Shown here: positions 1 through 9,552 of the stretch, piece by piece
Layout of the letters: the number at the start of each line of letters is the position of its first letter
How positions within the stretch are numbered: the first letter of the stretch is position 1
Assembly: GCA_051362555.1 (NCBI GenBank)
Contig: CM120640.1
Coordinates: forward strand, 36,103,967-36,167,966
Length of the DNA stretch: 64,000 nucleotides
Reading direction: 5' to 3'
From: Lingula anatina
Lineage: Eukaryota; Animalia; Brachiopoda
Made by a program: the position numbers and the translations under genes
The notes under the pieces: generated by a model
The model's input: only the letters and a program-made list of their open reading frames with translations
Told to the model about the DNA's origin: nothing
Database searches by the model: none

Positions 1-176
1 CATGGGGCCCGAGTAAAAACAAGTCACTGTTGCAACCATTTAGGAATTCAGCCTGTTGTGGTTTTTGGAAAAATAAAACGGTAGGCAAGTAACCGTGTTG
101 GGAATTTGCAAAATGCCTCTCATTCATTCAAGAAATTGGATTAAGATGATATATCACGGTTATTTAAAATACGCAC

Positions 177-768
177 CTTGGACACTCCCTGGGCGTTCCG
201 AGAGAATTTTTTATAGCCTTGTGTTTCTGCGTACTGGCTGCAAGACATTACTGTACCTTTCGTATCTCCCCACTAGAATGCACGTAAAACGCACTTTTAA
301 TGGCTCAAATTGAAAATCGGAAGAAAATATACCTTAATTTCAGTTGGACTGAAACTGAGGAACCTTAAGCGATTTAACACAGCATATTAAAATGGAAATA
401 ACACGAAAGTATTTAAAACCTGGAAGAACACACATAACTGTTTAGTTGAAATGTTGTAGAGATTCTGCTGTTAAATTGCGGTAGTAAAAATTTTAACAGG
501 TCTCGAAAAGGAACTACTACTACAATTTGTAATGCAATCGCTATACAACTTTGAGCAGTGAAAGAATAATAGTTTGGCTAATGCAACCCAAAGAAAATTG
601 CATTAATATTGCCATCATCATGCAATAATTTTGGGCATTTGTTTATTAGGTCTATTTGTGATCCGTCTCATACAGCAGGTACGGTGGCATGTCTGAGTTT
701 CTCCAACATGAGATGTCAGAATGTATACAATAATCATTGACGGACAACCTTTTATTTTTACGTTCATT

Positions 769-830
<62 letters not shown>

Positions 831-1797
831 CTGATGGATATCGTCCCAGCTTTCGCCATGGTAAACCAGCACACAAGCAATGCCCCATCTCCCATACATC
901 AGAGCTAAGTAGAGAGGCGACTGCCGATGGATCTGAAAAGAATCGAAGATTTAATTTAATCTGCATTATAAAATGATTCATTAGTGTCCTAATTGGGAGA
1001 TAAAACCATCTCTAATAAGCACAAAGAAAACAGACATATAAAGATACATGTATTAGAATAATCAAAAGTGTTAGAATGTGACTTTTTTTATTGCTTTAGC
1101 CTTTCTTACCATGTCCCGAAATTCGTTTGCTTTGATCCTTCCATCGATAAAGATTCTCTTTGCTGCCTCTGTATCCCCGTGTACTATCGCCTCTACCAGT
1201 TTGGAATATTGCAGTACTAGATGCAGCCGGTACAGGTCGGTGGTTTTGTCGTGGGGAGGATAAAGGGAGCGTTCAGAATCGATATTTGCAAGCTGAAAAA
1301 ACGATGGGCAATAAAAGAACGAACAAATAATTGCTTCCGTTAGCTCCTCTTTATACTTATATTCTTCATTTTTACGATAAACAATTTTGATGTGATGTGA
1401 TTATTAAAAAAATTCTTATGATCAAATGATGTATATAAATATGAACCATTTTGAACTCGGTTTTGTATTTTGATTTTCATTTTACATATCTTATTTTTCT
1501 CATTTTAATGAGGTGATGGCTTACTGCTGTTTCCGCCGATTCCAGCAATGCCAACATTTCACGGTTAGCAAAATCACGAGCATATTCTTGAGCGCTCTTA
1601 TCTGCGTGGTAGACGTTGAGGTAGTAATAGCCATTTTCAAAAAGTCTTCGTATTTCTTTGACATTTTGAGTTAAGATTAGGTTGAGAACGTGCTGAAACA
1701 GGGGAAAAAAGATTTAGTTAAATTGCAATAAGTTTGATATTTAAACCTGTTTAATCTAATTCTGTTTACAATTCTTTTTTAGATAGAAATATTCTCC

Positions 1798-1838
<41 letters not shown>

Positions 1839-4254
1839 GTACTGCCGAATGTAAATTACAATACACAAAACAGAACGAATAAAGCATTGTACCATCAGTA
1901 TTTTAAAATATATTTTTTGTGTGACCATCTCACCTCGTCAAGAGTTCTTTCAAACTCCTCTGTTGGGTTTATGCGGGCCAGGTCTCTAGCGTTCAAGCCG
2001 TCCTGCAACGAATGAATTGTAAGGCCTTATTAATCGTGTAAATGTTAGTTAAGAAATAATTATCAATTTTCGATAAATCGGAGAACAATAGAGAAGCGCT
2101 GTGATCTATTTACCTGGGTTTTGATGGCTGGGTCGCCCCCATACTCCAAGAGTTGCCAGATGCGTGGTGACAGCCTCAAACACGTGGATATGGCCAGCTG
2201 CATGCACGTTTTGCCATGCTGTAGAAATAAATTATATTTTAAGTTCTGTTGCTGATTTTCCATATTTGTATTTGGCTGTCAGATATTCATTGCGTCATTT
2301 CATCAAAGAAATGCTGTTGATATGGGTGGATTTTGAACTCTCCACATAAACAGTTATGTTCAATTGGCCAAAGACAAAACCATTATAAAACTGATAGAAA
2401 AAGGATTTGATACCTTATGATGCAAAAGGTTACATACATGTACCACCCAACTTTCCCGAATGGTGCACAATAACATCAGTAATTTCATTAAGAAAATTGT
2501 TTAGGTTGTGAGTGCACAGTACTTAGAAAATAACAATATCGAGCATGCTTTAACAATTTTAACAACATAAAATGAGGTAGTTTCAAACGTTATTTCCGTC
2601 TCATACAGCAGGTACGGTGGCATGTCTGAATTTCTCCAGAAGTGTCAGTACGAACACAATAATCATTGACGGATATACGCTGTCCCGCTTATACTTTTTT
2701 CAATACAAAGAAATAAATTAAAAGTACATAAATAGTAAGTTGGACATTGCTTACAATGGCAAAACGCTCATCAAATATGTACTCATTTGGACTAGCCCCA
2801 CCGTGTAGCAGGATCGCTGGCAGGTATAACTCGTCTTTCTGGTGTGCCTTTAGAATGCTAAGCGATAGTGGAGTGTGGCCTCGGTAGGACTAAAACATAT
2901 AATGAAGTAATTAAAAGGGCAATTGATACAAAATATCTCTTCATTGTTTACTGTTTAAGTTGTACAGAAGCAGGCTTAAGAGTTCAAAGGAAGCCAGTGC
3001 CATGGTTTATCCGTCTCATACAGCAGGTACGGTGGCATGTCTGAGTTTCTCCAAGATGAAATGTCAGAATGTATACAATAATCATTGACGGATATCACGG
3101 TGCACTACTTCTGTTGCTACCAATGAGAGAGAGAGAGAGAGAGAGGCTGGGTGACAAAGAGAGAGAGAGAGAGAGAGAAAACGAGAGAGAGAGAGAAATG
3201 TGTAATAAACGAAACGTATATCGTACCGTATCTGTGAAGCGCGCGTTGTAAGGCTTTGCCTGCAAAACCTCGGCAAGTCTTCGTGGGTTCTGTTCAAGTA
3301 CTGCAAAATACACTTCCTGCACCGAAAAGATGAAATAGACATTCAGACAGCATATTATGCTCGAAATCACTCTGTATATAGTGAGAGTGAACGGTTTTCA
3401 ACAATTCTATCTTTCTAACTTACTAGCTCCTTTCCTCTTTCTGAAAGTTTCATCTTCTTTTGACATAGTATTTGCAATTGTCATTGCAAAGCTAATTATG
3501 AGTTAACATTCATATCACCTGTCTCTCCCTTCCTTCCTCCAGAATGCGTAATATCGAGGTGTGCCCGAGCTGTGTAGCTAACTGCATCAATGTCTTCGAG
3601 CCCTGACAAAAGAAAAATTGATATTTAATATAATTCAGACCTACCAGTATGTACATTTCCGACCTGTGTACACTGGGATTATGGATCTCATCTGGATAAA
3701 AAAGACCATTTATTTGTGTAAAATTAACCGAGTTGATGTGTTTTTTTTCTTCAAGCTTTAAATGGTATGAAATCATTACTTATTTAAAACTACGTTTGCC
3801 ACTATCCGTTACAACATTTTCCCCTAATCATTACAAGATATCAGTATTGATATTTCCCTGATTGAAGATGCTTATAACAATAATAAAGACAATACTATTA
3901 CCCTTGATATATTGACATTGCACCAATATTCCATGACCATTTTTCTTACACGTGCTTCATCGTTATTCCGAACCGCGGTCCACAGGTCCGGCTAGAGGAA
4001 CAGTAACAACAGGTTAGCATACCGTAGCATTCTAACATACACTAGCAAACAGTCTATGTAAACAAAACTTATAATGCAAATCTGGGTAATCAAAACAACG
4101 CGACATTTTAATGTATTTTTCATTCAGGTCAATGATTACAGTTTTTTTTTGACAAAAGAACAAGATTTACGTCGTTAGATGCCCTAATTTCTGCAACATA
4201 AATTGTCATAGGGAACGCAATCATCATTGATTATTGATCTAACTTTCATTGCTG

Positions 4255-4295
<41 letters not shown>

Positions 4296-6836
4296 GTGGT
4301 GATGGTGGTGGTGGGGGTTATACAAGAAAAACGTGCAGACAAACCTCGTATTTTTCAAAAATTTGAATCACTTCTTGTCTTTTACTTCTCAGGGCGTAGT
4401 CCTTTGCTCTGCGTCCCTTCTACAAAATAAGACACACATTTTCTCAGATATTTCAAATGTTTTTTTTTTCATATAGCAAAAATAATGACCACAGTGCATA
4501 TCTTAAAGTAGAGCTCAATATCAAGTAAAGTAATGTGAATCAATGGATGTAAATAAAATGATAATATTAGATACTACAATGTACCTCATTGTCAATTGAC
4601 AAATGTATAAACATAATCTTTCTAAAAACAGAACTAAAAGAATAACTTAATTAGCATAAGAAGTTAAATCAAATCCTCTATGGCAAGGCATGACATGTCA
4701 CTTATTTTTAGGAGACAGGCATTGCTAAAGATAATCACATAATCATGCAGACCATTCTTTATAATAAATGAAATAAATGTGACAAGCTCTGATATTCAGA
4801 CACGACAAATCAATATTTTATTACTCGCCTTATTCTTGATGGTAGCGTCTGCTCCAGACCTCAGGAGAGACTCCACAAGACACTCGTCCGTCCCCGGGTA
4901 GGCGGCATAATGGAGGGCAGTATTACCGTCCTGAAAATGAGGCGCGCTTTGTTTAAACAAAATGAAAGCTAGGCATAAGGCATAGTCATATAACATCCAA
5001 ACACACGAGTAAATTAAAGTTTTGATTTTTTTTCATATTTCCAGAAAAAATAATCAATGCTTTCTATTTGAAGCTTTAAGAGGGAGAAATAGTAGAGGGG
5101 GAAGAAATACTTCATAAACTGATTGTGATATTTTCATTTTAATTAATGTCAAATCTAAACACAATCTTATTCATTCACCCAAAGAATACATACTTTAATT
5201 CTTACGTATTTCGGCGGTCCGTGCAATCTTTTCAATTATAGACTTTCTACAGATTTTAAGTACGACAAATGTATGCCAAATTATGGTTATCAATCATAGA
5301 ACCCAATCTTTTGTGATACTTGAAAACTGCCCAATAGGCCTTTAATAGTTAGCCATAGAAATATACATAGCATGCGTAATTTTTCTTCTCAGACACTCCG
5401 GTACACGTACCTGCTTCATCCGAAGAGCATTAAGAAAATCCACCAATTCTTGGTCTTCTGTTTGAACAGCCTTCAATGTGGCTCTGCTTTCATTCTGATG
5501 CAAAAGAAATGGAGTGAGCACATATCATTTCTCATGACATGTAGATTCTAATCAATAGATCAAAATGAAATCTTCATATATATTGGAAAGATCTTGCGAT
5601 TTGGAAAAATGTTTCATTTAAGAACGTAGATGCAACGGGAGCGGGCGCTTACTTATTTAAAAACTCCATAAACCCGCTGCTGGATAGAGAAGAAAGTTGA
5701 GATGTCAAACATTTAAAGGCAATCTGATTGGAAGTGGCTAATATTCTAAAAGGACTTTTCGGAAAAAAGCAATTCTGCTGAAACATCAATATGCTCACTG
5801 CATATAAAGCAAGGCAAAAATAAAATCACGTTTTTGAAGTTGATAGATAAATGGGCATATGAATGAAATGATGTTTAAAATAAGTTCACAAACGCACCCA
5901 AGTGGCATTTACATCAATTCCTGCATTGACCAAACTGTAGATTTGTTCTTCGTGTTTGTTTCCCCACGACGTTAAAATATAAATCAAGCAGGTTTGTCCA
6001 GCCTGAAAATAAAGAAGGCATGATATCAGCAACAGCTGCGACCCTATCGTTGTTCAATTCACCTGTTACTGCTCATAATTTAGCTGTGATATGATGGCTA
6101 GTTTTAATAGCTTATAGAGTGAACCTTATATGGTAACGGCATATAATATATCACAACAATTCAGTTCATTTATGACTGTTTTTTACTTTTGGATTTTATC
6201 ACTGATATTGATAGAACAAATATGAGTATCTTCTATAAGTATCTGTGGTTGTGGTAGATCATTCCACATATTTATATAAGGTAGTTTAAATTTTCAAAAT
6301 CCTATCAATAAATATGGCTTACCCGCCGTTCATCCAAGTTGTAATTGTTCATCTTTGTAATCACTGTAGGGTTTAAAAAGGGACTAGATTGTAATTATCC
6401 TTTACCTTATTTTTCCGGTTGATGTCCAATCCTTTTGCTGGCGTGGTCAATGCATGCAAGCGTGTCCAATCGGTGGAGTTAGTGACCATTAGATCCATGT
6501 GAGTTTTGAACAGTGCTGGATCCTATATCAATATTCAATTGGATATTGAAAAAAGGCAGTTATGTTTCATACGCTGTAAACTATGTCGGAGGGAGGGGGT
6601 AGATATAGACATAAATAGCAATAGCCATGTGCATTATACTGATGACCATCACTTCCATTTACTCAAAACACGAGAATCTTCTTTTTTACAGGAAAAAAAT
6701 CTTCTTTTTTTTACATCTTCAATTCAAATTTCGAGCAAACACGACGCCTTGATCACTGTGGAATCCGAACAAGGGTCTAAAATGGAAAGATCCACGGTAA
6801 AAGAATACTTACCCCTCGACAGCACATGGGCTTCAT
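177..6836 (-). CDS. Multi-exon ankyrin-repeat protein (>=543 aa; 3' end lies left of the window)
   Basis: Hand-spliced exons, all with lengths divisible by 3 and AG/GT ends (one GC donor): 6813-6836, 6406-6522, 5898-6002, 5411-5494, 4829-4930, 4345-4419, 3902-3991, 3519-3602, 3227-3316, 2755-2889, 2114-2218, 1934-2002, 1525-1692, 1110-1292, 831-932, 177-272. Start codon sits in GCCACCATG. Ankyrin-like motifs: DINRKNK-AGQTCL, DGNTALHYAA...LLRSGADATIKNK, GHTPLSLS, HGKTCMQLA...LLEYGGDP, QSPLYLALMYG. Confidence 0.85.
662..744 (-). ncRNA. Candidate intronic box C/D snoRNA, copy 1
   Basis: Minus strand reads TCCGTC-a-ATGATTA (box C variant)...CTGA (D')...TGGAGA (C'-like)...GCCACCGTACCTGCTGT-ATGA (box D variant)-GACGGA. 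It has a 6-bp terminal stem and is sense to the host ankyrin gene. The guide is complementary to the conserved 28S sequence ACAGCAGGACGGUGGC. Confidence 0.75.
769..829. repeat. (AC)n(AG)n microsatellite; representative of many simple repeats
   Basis: Others: (AAT)n 1800-1837, 33618-33668, 46391-46433; (AG)n 3125-3195, 4260-4292, 8542-8578; (CT)n 33866-33907, 46629-46700; poly-T 29688-29733; poly-A 34227-34270; (TA)n 58990-59033. Confidence 0.95.
2595..2673 (-). ncRNA. Candidate intronic box C/D snoRNA, copy 2
   Basis: Same stem, boxes and D-guide as copy 1. Nearly all differences fall in the D'-guide (TTGTGTTCGTA) and the D'-C' loop. Confidence 0.75.
3010..3092 (-). ncRNA. Candidate intronic box C/D snoRNA, copy 3
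   Basis: Nearly identical to copy 1. The terminal stem extends to 7 bp (ATCCGTC/GACGGAT). Its 3' end is ~120 nt upstream of the acceptor at 2890. Confidence 0.75.
4165..4232 (-). pseudogene. Decayed or divergent relative of the snoRNA repeat
   Basis: Minus strand TCAATGATGA-TTGCGTTCCCT-ATGA-CAATTTATGTTGCAGAAATTAGGGCAT aligns with TCAATGATTA-TTGTATACATT-CTGA-CATCTCATGTTGGAGAAACTCAGACAT. The rRNA guide and 3' stem are lost. Confidence 0.45.
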
Positions 6837-7035
6837 GGTGGCTTATTATTACACGGGACCGCGCCCTCAGCTTGGAAATGAAAAGACAGAAAAAGCGTTT
6901 CATCCACTGAGGAAAAATAACAAAAGGCACCAAAATACTCATCCATTTCTGAGGAATAAGCACAATAGTTAGGTGGTTTCAAATCCGAGATAATCGATTA
7001 GATAAATCTGGCAGCAAGGCTTTGAGAACTCTCAC

Positions 7036-7152
7036 TGCAGGGTTATGTAGCGTTGCTGCACTGATAGTATGCTGGGAGAAAGTATTTATATATATACAGT
7101 CTGCAGCAGGTTTCCAGGTGAGGGTCTCAGCGGGGAATTTTCTCTCAGGTGA
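7036..7152 (-). promoter_or_regulatory. Putative TATA promoter and short 5'UTR exon of the ankyrin gene, with a kB-like site
   Basis: Minus-strand TATATAAATA at ~7083-7092, donor GTGAGA at 7035 and acceptor TTTTCCTCAG at 6907. GGGAATTTTC at 7133-7142 is flanked by two CAGGTG E-boxes. Confidence 0.35.
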
Positions 7153-8541
7153 GCAACTCTTATTATAACCTACAAATAATGCTGTAAAATCACATAAAAT
7201 ATGCTTTTGCTGTTTGTATATTCACTTTTAAAAACTGCATCTCATTGTGTTTCATTGACAATTTGATTTTATCCACAAGCAAAATTAGATACAGTCAATT
7301 CAGCCTGCCAGAAATCTGAATGAATGGATCCCCACTGTGCGAACCCTTTAACGTAAACTATATTTGGTTGTTAGAGATCGATACCCTGACAGAGAGAGCG
7401 AGGATCGTCGGCACCTGGTCGAGATACTGGAGATATCATATCGCTTTCAAAACAAAGGCAGGGGCATGCTTCCCAGGAAATATTAACGCCAAACATTTGC
7501 AGTATTTTCACTTTTGAGACCCTGAGTTTCAGAGCTTACTAGAAATTTCTAGAAACCAATCTCTATAGTCAGCATCATGCTGCATGCCCTCAATATCCAA
7601 GTAACACCATGAGTTTCATAGTTTTGTGGAGTTTACTGTTAATTATATCGCTATTATCAGGATGGAGGCAGCAGAGGGTCGCGATGCATGTTGATAGTGG
7701 TGGTCATTTTTTTTTTTAGGTTCTAAAACTCGTGGTTATTTTGAGAACGTTTCGTCTTTCGGTACAAACTGTTTCTACGTACTGTAGGCCACCTGGGAGG
7801 GGGGTGCATATTGATGGTTGTGCACTCATGTTTGCGTGCGTGCGATGTAAATGGGATATTACCGTATCAGGATGCGTGATCAAGTTAAAGGTTTTGAACT
7901 ATTCAAATTAATAATTGTAGTGATTGGTACAAATTTAGAACTTCAACGTACGTTTACGTAGTATCTTTAAAACATTTGTAGTATTGCACAAGTTCATTTT
8001 TGGGGTCAAATTGTGATGAGCAGTAACGCCGACTAAATTTTATGAGGATATATCTTTCTCTTGTGTCACATTTCCCACCAGTCTTTACCATAGCAACAGT
8101 GCGAAGTAAACAATATACATGTACATACCTGCGCAGAGTTGGTGAATTATTACACTTTCAACCCAAACCCGTAGTATTTGGATAGCGCTACCTGCATGCA
8201 CAGCACAGAGAGAGTTCTGTTACCAAGTGTGCCGATCTTGAAAGGAAATGTCCTCTTGTTTATACTTGTATTCATTTAAATGTACACTTTCTATTGATTG
8301 AATGGGAACCTTTTCTGTTTATCTGAGGGGCACGAACTTTTATTAAAGGAACGCGGTGTTGTGATTTAGTGTGACACAAAGGAAACATTAAAAACATTGA
8401 CTGAATCAAAAGCGAACTGTTACTGTGCCTTACGCCAGTTTATTGAAAAGAACTGTTTATCAATACGAAGGAAATACTACCTCGTAAACGGTATTGATAT
8501 TTTATTGAAGTAAACAGTGATAAGCTCCATCCAATGCTTCC

Positions 8542-8574
<33 letters not shown>

Positions 8575-9292
8575 GAGAATTGCAATGACAGAACTGCTTT
8601 ATAGTAAATTAATTCAATTAAATCCATTGATTTTTTAAAGATATTACACAAATTACATATTTAATAAATTAAATACAATATAAATCAAGGCACAAACTGG
8701 CAACAAGACATACTTTAGGCTTACATACAAAAGCAGCACCTTGGACTGAACTATAATTGTTTGAGCAAACACTAAAAGGTTACAAAAAATACTTTGGCAC
8801 CATTTTATGATCACTACCATAATTTCTCCTGGCAGTCAAACATGCCAAATATTCTTTTACAGAGATTATGCTAATTCATGAATCAGATGAATCACTTAAG
8901 TATTATGAGCTGTAGAAAAAATACACATCCTAAATTATTCTAAATGCCTTATATTATTGTCTAAAACCCCACATAACACAGTGAATGAACTGAATAACAA
9001 TGATAAACATAACTATGAATAAACCACAAATACATTTTTATTGAACACAAGGGTAAAATGCCATGTGCCCTTTTGAATGCCATCAAATAGTTGCAAATAA
9101 TTGAACTGACATAGACCTTCTGATAGCTAATCACCTCTGTGGGATTTCATAATCAGATACTGACTGTATATCATTCTGCATTATCATTTAAAAGGCATGT
9201 ACACTTATATTACTACACAAATGCTGATAATTTTAGTTATATACATATTCTCTTAAAGGTCATTCTGAAATCAATGTGCTAGGAAGCATAAC

Positions 9293-9536
9293 CAAGCCTG
9301 TAGCCAGCAGTTTCATGGGGGGTCATCTACAATAGCCGACCTTTCTACCTTTTTATTTCTTTACTTGGAACAGCTCGAAGTGACACAGCTCCTAGATCAA
9401 ATTTTGACTCAGAATGGACCTCTTATGGCCAAAATGATAGTTCCTTAGGACCCCCCCATCCTTGTCTATGAACCTCATAAAAGTCAAGTACCCCCACCCC
9501 CCATCCCTGTCTAGGAACCTCATAAAAGTCAAGTAC
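9293..9536. repeat. Degenerate hAT-like MITE remnant plus a ~47-bp direct duplication in the 3'UTR
   Basis: Starts CAAGCCTGTAGCCAGC, resembling the reverse complement of GCTGGCTACGGGCCTG at 37918 and 51251. CCCCCATCC.TGTCTA.GAACCTCATAAAAGTCAAGTAC occurs twice (~9452-9491 and ~9498-9536). Confidence 0.45.
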
Positions 9537-9552
9537 TTCAACCTAATTCCCA

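Noticed and set aside
618-981. ORFs rich in ERER, SLSL, poly-Y or poly-I (also 3069-3370, 33451-34058, 46109-46756)
   Set aside because: These are translations of microsatellites. Only the embedded true exons were kept.
662-3092. Reading the 80-bp intronic repeat as a MITE or an rRNA gene fragment
   Set aside because: The inverted ends are only 6-7 bp and there is no TSD. All copies are sense to the host, and conservation follows the boxes and guide. The rRNA match is only ~16-20 nt and is antisense on the transcribed strand.
6020-6210. Possible additional C/D RNA (GTGATAA...CTGA on the minus strand) and isolated TGATGA...CTGA pairs in Caprin introns (e.g. 29274-29335)
   Set aside because: No convincing terminal stem, no recognisable guide and no second copy. 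Such pairs are expected by chance in AT-rich DNA.
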